A stretch of DNA of 64,000 nucleotides from Adineta vaga (Eukaryota; Animalia; Rotifera). The translations under genes and the position numbers were made by a program. The stretch's first letter is position 1; every line of letters starts with the position of its first letter. The notes below the pieces were generated by a model. That model did no database searches. It saw only the letters and a list, made by a program, of their open reading frames with translations, and had not been told where the DNA came from. This document shows positions 38,178 through 53,525 of this stretch, piece after piece. The stretch covers positions 11,966,001 to 12,030,000 of the forward strand of contig CP075493.1 of the NCBI GenBank assembly GCA_021613535.1. Reading direction: 5' to 3'.

Positions 38178-39488
38178 TTAAAAATCAATGGTCTCCGTTG
38201 TTTTTATTAATATCGGTAGTAATAACAAACTTAACATATAAAGAATGGCACAATAAATACAACTCATAATTAAAATATAAATGATATAAATCAACATATG
38301 TACTTGATAGACAGGTAGTTCTACAACGAAAGAACGAATCTTAATAATTGTCAATGTTCCACATGTATATACAGCTGAATGTTCATGAATTCTTCGAATG
38401 CGTTGTCGTGAATTTAGTATAGATAAATCATCACACCTAGATCGAAATATCACTGCTGATGCATATACTTTTGGACAATGCCAACGACGAGAAAATAGGA
38501 TCATAGTTGCATCGAGTTCAGCTGGAGATGCAAAATCACCATAAAATCGTTCTTCATTTTCGACTTTATATCCAGCTTTATAAACAAGAATCGATAAAAC
38601 CGATTGGTCGAAACGATGTGTAGTCGATGAACGCGAACTAATCGGAGCAATACAATTAATATTTAGAGAACAATTAACAAATGGCATTAGAACATTGTTA
38701 TAAAAACCCGAGAAGTTTGTATGAAAACCTATCATACCTCCAGCTGTTTGATAATAAAAATCAGCACTGAATTGATGTTTGCTCATGTTTAATGCTATAA
38801 ATGTGTGTTCATCTGTATGATTGAAAATTAATGTTTTTTGTCGAGTGAGAAAGTAACCTTGCGTTTGAATTTTTTGAATAACTGGTTCAAGTGATGAACG
38901 TATTTCATTACCAGCATCAAGATAGAAAATAGCTTTTGTATTGTATCGGTATTTTTCGAAGATTTCTTTCAACATAAGTGCTTTGTAAGCAAATATGTTC
39001 AGATTAGATACGTGAGGTGGATAATTTTCGAACGGAAATTGTTCTGTTTGAATATTTGCTATGCACGATAATCGGAATCGTTGATTGTTGGTCATTCCAA
39101 GGTCGAAGATAAAAATCGGTATGTGAGGTTCATGAAAATGGATTGAACCAATTAAATTTTCTAATCGATCAATAAACTGAGCAGACGCTGCTGTGACTAA
39201 CAAGAAGTTGTGTGAGTTCATTGAATTAGGATATACTGTTGTGCCAGTGTTAAGTACAGAGATGATGTTTCGATCATGTGGTCGTTTCAGTGGTATTAGA
39301 AATGTAGTAATATACTGTTTAAAGAAAAGATAATACAGTATCGTAATGACTATGATATAAATGCCATAAGTAATCGAAACAGTAGATGTATATCTCTTAT
39401 AGATAAGTCGACTTTTACATGAATGAGCAGTTAATAAACGATAACAGCATTGCCTTCGATTTCGAATGAATAAATTCATTATAATCAT
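38178..39488 (-). CDS. DUF1647-like putative GT-A glycosyltransferase, intronless, TM segments at both ends
   Basis: VTAASAQF..LIGSI, IFDLG, YPPHVSNLNIFAYK, FYLDAG, CIAP, HRFDQSVLSIL. Confidence 0.8.
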   Translation of the reverse strand: MIIMNLFIRNRRQCCYRLLTAHSCKSRLIYKRYTSTVSITYGIYIIVITILYYLFFKQYITTFLIPLKRPHDRNIISVLNTGTTVYPNSMNSHNFLLVTAASAQFIDRLENLIGSIHFHEPHIPIFIFDLGMTNNQRFRLSCIANIQTEQFPFENYPPHVSNLNIFAYKALMLKEIFEKYRYNTKAIFYLDAGNEIRSSLEPVIQKIQTQGYFLTRQKTLIFNHTDEHTFIALNMSKHQFSADFYYQTAGGMIGFHTNFSGFYNNVLMPFVNCSLNINCIAPISSRSSTTHRFDQSVLSILVYKAGYKVENEERFYGDFASPAELDATMILFSRRWHCPKVYASAVIFRSRCDDLSILNSRQRIRRIHEHSAVYTCGTLTIIKIRSFVVELPVYQVHMLIYIIYILIMSCIYCAILYMLSLLLLPILIKTTETIDF

Positions 39489-40145
39489 TAGGAATTTGAA
39501 TATTAATGGAACGAAGAATATAGATTATCAAGAAAGAATGAATGAATGTTTTCAACTGTAAAACAGTTGATGAACAAAATTCGCGCCTACGCGCTGATAT
39601 TAATTATCGGAGAAAATTTCAAAGTCAAAATCGTCTTTTTTCGAGATATGATCTATACAAACAGAATATTCTCATTTGAATCTCAATTTCTTCTAATCTA
39701 TATAAAATGAATGGCAACGATAAATCATTAGAAAAACTTACTTTGGTTGGTCGATCTATATGAAGCTAATTGAAAGGAAATGAATTATCGATTACTCTAC
39801 ACAGCATAAAAAATCACATACCATCAGCGAGAGGAGTTGAAGAAAAAAACTGCACGCGTAAACTTACAATTCATCGTTCGCGATAGTGCACAAAATTAAA
39901 TGTCAATAATAAATGTTTTTCTTCAACTGTGAAGCATCAACAATAAAGAGCAAATGGAGAGACGGGAAAGATCACATTCTCTCTACTAAAATCTACTTAC
40001 TAGTCTAGTTTTTCTTATCTGACATAGTTTTCTTTTATTTGCACAAATGATAGAGATAGAAATAAAATCATGAATATTGATTTAATAATGAGTTCACAAT
40101 GTGCATATTTTAATATTCATTTTATCATGAAAGAAAACTTCAATA

Positions 40146-41611
40146 TCAATAAATATCAACATCAAACTTTAGTACTTGATTACTTTTTTGATTGACGACG
40201 TAGAGATTACCTTGTCGATCAAATGCTATACCAACGGGATAGTTTAACTGATTATGTTTACCAACAATAATACTACCTTCATGTGTATTCTTTAACCAAC
40301 GTAAAATTCGATGATTCCAACAATCAACAACATAGACATTACCGAAATGATCAATAAATGATCCTTGAGGATGAGACAATTGATTGAGTCGATTTCCTTG
40401 GCCATTTCCACCGGCAACAACTATACCTTCTTTTGCACCTTTTAACCATTTCATAACACGATGATTCTGAAAATCTGATACGTAAATCGAATAATCTTTA
40501 TCGACAAAGATGAAACTAGGATCATTGAACTGATTTAGATTAGTTCCGTTTCCATTTCCACCTGCTACAGTTATTCCATTTGTTTCTCCTTCTTTCCATC
40601 GTTGTATTTCAAATTTTTTCCAGTTCGTAACATCGCATCACTCTTTCATTTCTCGAATCACAAACAATCAATGAATTATTTGTCTGATCAAAAACAATAT
40701 TAGTCGGATGATTTAATTGATCTATACGTTGTCCTTCTCCATTACCACCAGCTGTAACTTGACCACTGGTCATGTCAGATTTCCATGCAATGATACGATG
40801 ATTATACGCATCACTAACATAGATAGTTTGTTCGTTATTATCAATATAAATTCCTACTGGATAATGCAATTGATCTAATCGATGACCTTGTCCATTTCTT
40901 CCCACAACGATTGATCCAAGTTGTTTCTATTGTTTTAACAAATCTTTTAACTTTGGTAACAAGAATAAAATCTCATAGAAATAACATCAGAGTAAATAGT
41001 ATGACGAATACTAAACGAATGCTCATTGTGATCTTTGATAATTTCAATAGATGCTTTTGATTTGGCGTGCAAGAATTTCTATCAACGGTCATCGATTCTA
41101 AATTGATATCTGCAATATTATCAATGGTTTCATTAGTGTCAGATTCATGAGTAGCTAATCGATTCAATTGTAGTAGATTAGCTGAAAAATGCAAAATATT
41201 TTCGCATGAGAAAAACAATCGGTTATTATTCACGGTTGTGAGTGGCACATTTATTCTCATCCTCAGTATCTTGAATTAATATCGATATTAAACTTTGCAT
41301 TCTTCTCTTATATTCTGTATCAATAAAAGATAGGAACGAAGAGAAAGCCAACGTATAGGACAAATACCTCCTAACATTCTAACAGCATCAAAACATTGTA
41401 TTTTATCAAATGCATTGATGAAAAACGTAAAATTTTCTTCATTGATTTTATCTTTATTAAAAAGATGTTGTATAAGATCACGAGTTAGATCATCTCAAAT
41501 CAGTAGTCTTGGTATATTATCACCCAGAAAGAAGTGTAAACGTTTTCTATCATCATTACTCAAATAATCTTGGATTTTCAATATAACTGCGCGTAAACGA
41601 CGAGAATCCAT
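40146..41611 (-). pseudogene. DED-like domain + TM + NHL-repeat beta-propeller gene, disrupted
   Basis: ATG 41611 MDSRRLRAVILKIQDYLSNDDRKRLHFFLGDNIPRLLI*DD...LFNKDKINEENFTFFINAFDKIQCFDAVRML; TM IRLVFVILFTLMLFL; NHL repeats (GGNGQG..LNQLSHPQG, VYVVDCWNHRILRW); several stops and frameshifts. Confidence 0.75.
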
Positions 41612-41853
41612 TGATCTAAATCTTTCTTATGAAATAAAGCAAATTAATTTTAATTAGCAGCAAACAGTATTTTCAGTCTGAACTCGATCAAAATATGTAC
41701 GCATTAAATAACTATTGAGATATATAAACTATAGTATAGAGAGAACAGATAAAAAAAATGTCGAAAATGAGTGGCAAGAGAATAATACGAAAAGTCAATG
41801 AATTATTTTAGTCTCAAAGTTACATGTCAATAGAAAAACTATACTACGTATAG

Positions 41854-45301
<3,448 letters not shown>

Positions 45302-45779
45302 AGAATTGATAAAGAGAAATGTCAGCACCAATAATCAGATCCTTTTTTCATCAGATTTGTAATGTACTTTTATATATATTATACTAAGAAGAAAGAATAA
45401 AATTTAGACCAGGTGATAATTTACTCCCATCCATGCAACCAAATCTATATTCCATGTTGAAGATAATAATAGACCAACTCGTATAAAAAAAGCATCATAT
45501 TATTCTCAAGGCCAATCATTGATTTTCAAGTTTTTATTATTCGAATTAATGAACGTGTCATCAATCATATTAATTGTCAAACCAATTTATCGTATGATGT
45601 GATATATGCAGGAATATGGTTTTTCCCGATACCTATATCACTTCCTTTAAATTTACCGGCATGCTTATGTTGAATACTCATTAATGACTCAGTTTTTTAT
45701 ATAGGTATATATTGTTTATACTTTCTTACTCTCCATACACATTTGACTTCAACGCATTCAGATCATTCAAGTGCACATT

Positions 45780-46104
45780 ATGGCTACAGGTGCCTTTGGT
45801 TTGTAAGTTTGCTTAAATAACTTGTTTCTTTTTTTTCGTCATTTTCTAAACATTATTTTTCAATATTAGACGAGTTGGTGATTGGGAATGTTCTCGCTGT
45901 GAATTTATCAATTTTAGCAGCCGTCCTGTCTGTCAAAGATGTGGTGGATCACCGTATTCATCCGGATCTGCTCCACCAGTGACGGCAAAACCTGGTGATT
46001 GGGAATGTGCAGCTTGTCGTAAATTGAATTTTGCTGCTCGACAAGCATGTTTCAAATGTGGAAATTCAAAATATAGTTATGCTACTCGAACTGCCATGTT
46101 CTAA
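45780..46104 (+). CDS. Small protein with two RanBP2-type zinc fingers (2 exons)
   Basis: MATGAFGLRVGDWECSRCEFINFSSRPVCQRCG...AKPGDWECAACRKLNFAARQACFKCG...TAMF*; W-x-C-x2-C-x3-N-x6-C-x2-C occurs twice. Missed by the ORF track. Confidence 0.88.
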
Positions 46105-46623
46105 ATTCTCATTATTGATATTAAACTTATTCATAAAATAAATAATACACTATACTGAAAACGTGATACTTTTAAATAAAAAATTAAAGTTTTGTTTCAC
46201 CTACATTCATCATTTACAGTATCTTATGATTTGAATACTGTCAACAACATAATTGCGTAATAGAATTGATTTCTATAAAACTACTTTTCAAATTTAACAT
46301 AAATTTACCTAATCAAGTTTGTGTAAACAAAGATAACGAACTATCTCGACCATTCAACGATTCGTTTATGTTTTTCAAATGGAATCCAAACCATTCTTAC
46401 TACTATATCACGCCATCTATTCTACATCTTGATCCCTATATAATCTCCAATCATATCAAATTCAATGCAGTTTAGTCATGAAATTGTCATATGCAAGAAA
46501 AGAAAAAAATACCGTCAAAAGACCATTCTCCTTCTCATTTTTATTTTATAGCAATATAAGAGAAAATACATCAATAGATTTTATACAATATATATATATA
46601 TGGCAAGTTAAATATGATATTTT

Positions 46624-48183
46624 TCAAAGCTGCAAATGTATCATCCAATTTTTTGTCTTTTTATCTTGTTGAACATCTAAAACTTGAAATAAAACACCCG
46701 GTGGTAAAACAATTTTTTCTTCGTCAGGGAACTGTGATATATTTTCAATATTAAAAGCGCGAATCGTCGATAATCCCATTTCTTTAACATCAATTGTAAA
46801 TAATGTATTTATATTGTATATTTCCGCTATTTGTCGATTTTTACTTGTTGATGTAAAGCTTGGCCAAGTTTTCCATCTTTTCGTAGAAACAGCATCGCAC
46901 CAAGAGTATCAATTTTAATAAGATCATTAGTACGTAGAGCATTGTTTACTACGCGATATAAAAAATTATCTCTAGTAAAAAGATGAACACAATATTTTGA
47001 TGTGTCTCTTATGGTGAATGTTTCACATAAATCCAATAGTTTCACTAACTGCTTCGCTTCAATTTCTTTACTAATTAAACTTCCTTCAGTTAAAATGCCA
47101 TCTTTTGCTTTTTCGACACATTTATTTGCATTGAATAAACATGCTCTGCCAAGTTTTGATCCTTCCCATTGAGCAATGAAAGGACTCCAGTCATTTTCAT
47201 TTCCACATGTACATGATGTGAAAGAAACCAGTGGTAATGACTTAGAAAATCGTTCTCGAAGGAAAGAGTTTCGCTCATTATTGTCGAAGATGAGACGTCT
47301 CACAGGTTTTTCTTTAGATATGTCTAACTTGCTTACTTGCACCAGTTGATCAAAGTTTATAATATAATCATCTAACTCAATCACTAATGGTTTATCTGAT
47401 TTTTCTCGAAAGACTTCCTCGATTATTTCGTCACAACCAAAATCTAATACCGAAGAATAAGTACTTTCCTATTCATTATCATCGTCTGCAAAATTGGAAT
47501 CGTAAAAATAAGTTACACCTCTTGCGGTTTTGTATGCATGCCATTGTTCTTTGTCTACAGCAAAAAGTCTTGGACCAGCGTATAAAGTTTGATAATACCT
47601 AACATTCGGTTCTGAGATACAGTTACTCTGACGATCAAACTCTTCTTTTAAAAAATTCCACGAACGTGCTACACCGGTAACGAATAATGCTACCTTCGTT
47701 ACTTGTTTATTGTATACGAAGGTACACATGTTATTTTTGTAATTGTGATTCACACACTCCATGAAGATAAATACGTCAATGCATTCTAAATACATAGTTT
47801 TTTAAAAACTAGTTGAAAACGCTCTTACCACGGAATCCGGTATGAAAAAGGTATATTTGAGAGTATTTCTAACATAAATTTTTTTCAGTATCTTCAAAAA
47901 TCTTCCTACGTTTCCTATCAGACAATGTAAAAAAGTTATAAGAGAAATTCAAATTATTATCCATCGAGGAATTCTCTTCCATTCTTATCAAAAAACGATG
48001 TTTCTCGTAAGACATCATGGTTGATTTTAGTTGTGTTCGGAGTTCGTAATCATAATTTTGAATGATGTCAAATGCAATAAGATATGGAAGTATTGACGAT
48101 AAAAACAGATACGCAAGCTCTCTAATGTTATCGATAGGAAGTAAAAGAAAAAATGCACCATCTACCTCTCGACGCAACGACAT
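46624..48183 (-). pseudogene. WWE-like domain + R-S-E-type ADP-ribosyltransferase pseudogene
   Basis: WWE-like IIEEVF..IELDDYIINFDQLVQVSKLDISKEKPVRR; ART pieces LFTRDNFLYRVVNNALR and (shifted frame) WPSFTSTSKNR...SQFPDEEKIVLPPGVLF. The YRG strand is deleted, there is an in-frame stop at 47469, and the 5' boundary is uncertain. Confidence 0.75.
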
Positions 48184-48625
48184 TTAATTATTCTATATTT
48201 CTATGAAAATACAAAGCAAGAATGGCAGTACATATGTCGATATAGTTCTTTTAAGCAATAAAACAGAATAAAATAAATAATGAATAATTTTTTATGCGCA
48301 GATCAATTATATATGCATCATATTCAAATGAAGCAACATGTCTTAGCGAGTAGTTAGTATTTTGCAAGAGACGAACGACATTGCCTCATCTACCTTGAAA
48401 AAAAATGTTGAGGTGTAATGGAATACGACTATAGGTGTGACTTTCGAAAAGATTCAGCATCATACCTACATCCTCATATAAATTAGGCTCTAATAGATAT
48501 GAAGTTATACCGATATATTGTTCATTTTCAGTAACAAATTCATAAGCACATATATCTTTGATTTAGCAATGACTTAAAGCTTTACCTTGGTGTTAACTAT
48601 GTCCGTATATAGATCAGTAGATGTT

Positions 48626-49733
48626 TCAAACAGTCTTTTCTTCTTCATCTTTGTTGTTTTGAGCTATTCGTTCATTTAAACGTCGTTTATACATTTCTAA
48701 TTTGCTTAAACCCTCTTTTAATATTTGAATATGTATATCTTCTGGTAACGTTTGAACACGATCCATTTGTGATAAACTATTTTCCATTTCGTCAACTGCG
48801 TGTTTGAAATTTATTAATCTATCTATTGCATTGTTAATATCCGCAGCTGCATATTTGGTAAATTCTGGAAATCAGTTGAGTACTTTCAAATTTCGTTGGT
48901 ATTTAACTTTATTAATATTTCCATTGCCAATTGCCAATTGTTATTTGATAAATTTTTCCCAGGAACGAAGCATTTTCAATTTCATCTAATCTTTTAGTAT
49001 CTGTTTGATGGGAAACAGCTGCAATAACATTTAGTACATCATCTTTTTCTTCAAGATTTTCTAAAAATAGATGTAAAAATTTCTAATCATCATTCTAAAT
49101 GAGAATAAAACATACTCAACATTAAATGTACACTTTTTTCCGAATTATATATAACACGTTCGATTTCCACTCCAATGTATTTCAAAGTATCTTCAATCTT
49201 TGATTGCATTTGATTTTCATTGTTTTTTCTCACCCTTATATCTGTTAACAAACTCAGTAGATGATCTGAATAAATTTTCAATTTCGATAGTGCACAAGTT
49301 GATATTGTGTGTTTTCATCAAATTGACTAAACAATACATTTGTTTTCAAATCAATTAATGATATTTTTATTTCTGTTAATTTTATAGACGCACTAACATC
49401 AGTTTCGGAAAGCCGTTTGGCTAATTGAACTGTTTTGTCAACGAATGAGTCAATTGGCAATGTTACTTTCGACGAATTATCATTATTGCTTGTTGAATAT
49501 TGTGCATAATATTGCGATATGCCTAGCAAAGAACTAATGGTATATTGACAGATCGTTGTAACAATCAACATGTTGACAAGATATTTCCATATCGCATACG
49601 TGATTCCTAATACTAATAATAGAAAAACCAATGTTAGAATAATTTGTTCTAAGATAGAACGAAGGCACTGAACAGTATATCGGTAGCTCGATTTTATGCA
49701 TTCATATAGTATGTTTAGAATCCAAATGAACAT
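48626..49733 (-). pseudogene. N-terminal TM + long helical/coiled-coil protein pseudogene (fungal-like family)
   Basis: Pieces SASIKLTEIKISLIDLKTNVLFSQ..., FLGKIYQITIGNGNINKVKYQRNLKVLN*...EDIHIQILK/KGLSKLE; a 7-bp tandem duplication (attggca x2 on minus) and other frameshifts break it. Confidence 0.6.
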
Positions 49734-51627
49734 GGAAAAATTTTGATTTGTAGTATTTTGTTTTTTAAGAGGAGAAAAAACAAAAAGAATTCTTTCAAAT
49801 TGTGAAACAACATTTTACCTTGTGGTGGTTCTTGGTCATTTTGTGCTTCGGTGTGTACAGGTTTTTTTCGATGTAAAACCATTTCTATAAATGAATTAAA
49901 AAATCGTCAACGTGTATGAAAATTTAACTATAATATGATCATAATTACCGATCGTAGTTGAAATTGAATAGGCTTTATATAGGCAGTACTGAGCAAAGAG
50001 TTGGATATTACCCGTAGTTTGATAAATATAAAAACAAATGTTGAACAGAATGGAAAAAATAAGAGAACAAAAGGGAAACAACCAAGTATATACTTGGTAA
50101 TATGTTTAGAGTGTTTTATGAATCATTAGACTAATTAAATTTAAAATATGCGCTGTTATGATCCAATTGAATTGACTGATAAGCGATCACATTATTATGA
50201 AATGCATGTTGAAGCCTATTGCATACGATTAGAAACTACTTTAAAAAGACTTCAATATATCTTCAGATGACAAACAATTATTCATTTTTTATGCCTGTTA
50301 ACAGTATGACGTAGAAACATTATTATCAAGTATCGTGTTTCAGCTGTCATGAATGATGTATCTAATGTTTTAAAAAAATCTGCGGCTAAATGAGAAAGAA
50401 AAACATTTAACGACAAGATTTTCATATTGATATCACGTAAAAAATAGAAGCAATATGTCGCAGGTAGAATATATCATAAATCGCAAAGTAGACATTATTT
50501 AACTTCAGTTAGATTTATTGAATGTTTTAATCATACAATTAGATGAAAGAAACTGAAAAAAACGGCGAATTCATTATCAAGGATATTCAAGTAGTGTTTA
50601 AATCTAGAATTTTTCCAATTATCAAGTTTTTCTGTTGTTTTCTTTGAAAAAGATTTACCAATGAATATGTGTCTGTGTAGATATCATAAATCAAACGAAC
50701 ACTCGTGAGAAAAGTATTGTTTTTGCGTCCCAACGTTAGACAGTTAAGTACACAGCGTATAACGATACACTCGCCCAGGGGTGTACCGAGAAGACGAGAA
50801 ACGTCATCACAAGGTGATTGTAAAAAATGATTTTTTATTTAGAGAAAATGTTGGAAAAGCGAATCCTTTTTCTTGCCAGATAGTTTTTCGATAAATAAAA
50901 TAGATTCCAAGAGGAATTTGAGAAGGAAAAACAATTAAAAATCGTTAATTAGAACTCGATATGCAAGTATATTTGTGTTGGAAACGCAACTGTACAATAC
51001 AAGCATAAAACATCCACGTCTATGTAGGTTGTGGATGGAGAATGGAACAAGTAAATAGATGAGCTTACGTCGTAAATATCGCATTTCCTGTTTTTCTATT
51101 CGTTCGTTGCCGTCTGTTCTAGTAAATCGTTTATATATGTATTGATAAAAATATCATTCGTCTATTGCTCTGTTTTTATTGCAGAAAGAACAACAGAAAG
51201 ATTTTCAGCGAGTTTTTTTCTCTCCCTGTTAGATATATTCTGTCGACTAATTCTCTGCTTCACGTCAGATTAGTAGTAGATAGTTTTTCTCTGTGCACAG
51301 GATATTTCTATTATGTCGCGTGTCTACATTATTATATATACGCAAATATTGAAACAAAATGTTAAAACGCTTGATTATCATTTTCTCGAGCTTGTAGCAC
51401 AGATTTTTCTATTCATTTTGAATAATAGAAAAACATCTGTTCGCGATTTTAATCATCATCGGTATATTTTATTACTTTCTCATTTGTTAGATTTCTATTT
51501 GATATAAATAATAGGGAATAGTTTATTTACAAGCCATAATACTCCTTCTGCTCGACAACTGCATGAAATAAAATCTGGTATTTCTTCAATTTTAACAACA
51601 CGACAAGGTGCAGAAGCGAACGAAGTG

Positions 51628-51892
51628 ATGGATATACCATGCTATTTCCAAGAGCCCGAGAGTGAACCCATGAGCTTCATGAAGGAACTAATAAAAGCGT
51701 CAACCGGTTTTTATTATGACGACAGTTTCATGAATCCTAGTCTGATTCAAAATCATCCAGTTGAATCGATTACATCGTCTCCTATGAAAAGAGACTTAAA
51801 TAAAAATGTCAATTCTTCTTTCGGTATGCCGTAATTCTTTTGAGTAGATAGAGAAAAGTACGTTTTATGTTTTAGATTGTGAATCTAATTAA
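51628..51892 (+). CDS. ORF A of a tightly linked cluster (spliced; may extend further 5')
   Basis: MDIPCYFQEPESEPMSF...NSSF, intron 51824-51875 (GT..AG, 52 nt), then DCESN* with TAA 51890-51892 in frame with ORF B. Confidence 0.45.
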
Positions 51893-51913
51893 CAAATTGT
51901 TCTTATCGATATA

Positions 51914-52765
51914 ATGCGAGATTTGACCAAATTAGCTGTTTCTATGCTAAAAAGTTTATCGAAGCTGGCAGGTGATTCAATCTTAATATTCGACTATCCG
52001 TCACTTGTTGACCTAAATATGTTACCTAAAAAGCCTACATTACTTTTTGTAAGTAACGAATATATGTCCACCATCGGTGATAACAAACCTGAACATATCA
52101 AAAGAATTTTCATCCTGGAAAAAGACAAAACGAAAGTTGATCAACGAGAAAGATTTGGTACTGGTGAAGATCTTATTTGTCAATTGGCTGATGAACTCTA
52201 TCGTTGCTATAAAAAAGAAGCGAGAAATTATTTCATCTCTGGTGACTCAGCGATGGGAGAAAAAAAAGAGAAACAAGCGAATCAAATCTTTAGTGGATTG
52301 AAAGAGGTTCACCAACAATATTTAAAAAGTAATAGTGGTGTGACAGATTCTACAACAGTTACACTTTTATGGCTTAAATCAAATATGGAAGATAACATTC
52401 TTGCAGAAAAAGTACAGCAAGCTTTTGAAAAAGTTGTTTCGTCTTTTTTAATATCCGAAAATCTATCTCAATGTGAGAACTATTTACTAGACAACAAATC
52501 TTTTGGTGTATGTTTCATGATCCTAGGCAGTGTTTATGAAGAAAAAATTATTGATGACTTTCAAAAATTTTCAAATATCAAAGGTTTTTATCGGTATGAC
52601 ACACAAAAAAACAATTATGATGAACTGTGCTTGCAATTAGCATGCGATCTAATGGCTTATTACAACAAATTGGGTGATGAATATAAAGCCAAAAAAGATA
52701 CAAAAAAAGCAAAAGACATGTTTATGAAAGCACATGAACTTTGTGAAATTTTGAATGATTTCTAA
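51914..52765 (+). CDS. ORF B: protein with two tandem receiver-like alpha/beta + helical-hairpin units
   Basis: 283 aa; internal repeat EDLICQLADELYRCYKKEA...EKQANQI vs DELCLQLACDLMAYYNKLG...FMKAHEL; TLLWL...CENYL...CFMILGS pattern. Confidence 0.75.
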   Translation: MRDLTKLAVSMLKSLSKLAGDSILIFDYPSLVDLNMLPKKPTLLFVSNEYMSTIGDNKPEHIKRIFILEKDKTKVDQRERFGTGEDLICQLADELYRCYKKEARNYFISGDSAMGEKKEKQANQIFSGLKEVHQQYLKSNSGVTDSTTVTLLWLKSNMEDNILAEKVQQAFEKVVSSFLISENLSQCENYLLDNKSFGVCFMILGSVYEEKIIDDFQKFSNIKGFYRYDTQKNNYDELCLQLACDLMAYYNKLGDEYKAKKDTKKAKDMFMKAHELCEILNDF

Positions 52766-52776
52766 ACAAAACAAAA

Positions 52777-53453
52777 ATGTCCCAAGTGTTTTTTGTGGCT
52801 TTTGAAAACATATCATTTCTCCTCGAGTTTCATTTTAGATGCAGACTATCGACGATATTGTGTTTGACAATATTATATTTCCTCGAGCTAATTCACTTGC
52901 TCTTCTACTCTATCACATCGATGGTGTATCAATAGCTATTCCCTTATCGCATGCTGATCTTATGTCGTTTATTCAAGTTTTTCAAAACACAACGGGATGT
53001 CATAATCATATTACTATAAACAATAACAAAAAAATCACATTATTCACATTTGAACACAATATACAATGGCTAATTGAGAATTCATATCTTGATACAATAC
53101 CTCACGTACAAAAAATCAAAATATTTTGTTCATCGCCCGAAGATCAAGAATATTGGACTATGCATACACAACGTTACAGAGAAAAAATTGAAAAACCATT
53201 TTTATACACGGATCTTAATCTTCGTCTATTATTATTCGGAATCACCTTTTTGAAAAAAATATACACATGTAGACAGTTTGCAAACGATGTTGGTATACAA
53301 AACAGATTAAGAGAGGATCTTAGAAGAATTAGAGAAGCATTGGGTCAATATACTTTAGAAAAAAAAATAGTTGCGATGATAGAACCAATTCAAGCAATGA
53401 AAGCCAAATTTAAATGCTCGCTTGTTTTTTTATATATTATAGTAGTGTATTAA
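52777..53453 (+). CDS. ORF C: single copy of a similar receiver-like unit
   Basis: Likely 9-nt first exon ATG TCC CAA (52777-52785), 53-nt intron 52786-52838, then MQTIDD...VFQNTTGCHNHI..KKITLF...IPHVQKIKIFC...YW..RYREKI...LNLRLL; AATAAA ~13 nt after the stop. Confidence 0.7.
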
Positions 53454-53525
53454 TCAGTAGATAAAAATAAATATCATCTATCGAATATAAGAAATTCAAA
53501 ATATGTCGAAGTTTCTCTTCTTTGT

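Noticed and set aside
50100-51300. Long non-coding, locally CpG-richer region as ncRNA or MITE
   Set aside because: No tRNA boxes, terminal inverted repeats or convincing hairpin were found by eye; probably regulatory DNA. An Infernal/Rfam scan would settle it.
52654-52666. ggcttattacaac matches the first 13 nt of the bdelloid spliced-leader sequence as I recall it
   Set aside because: It lies inside ORF B coding sequence (MAYYNK), the match stops at 13 of ~23 nt, and no donor or Sm site follows. The SL sequence is from memory; treated as coincidence.
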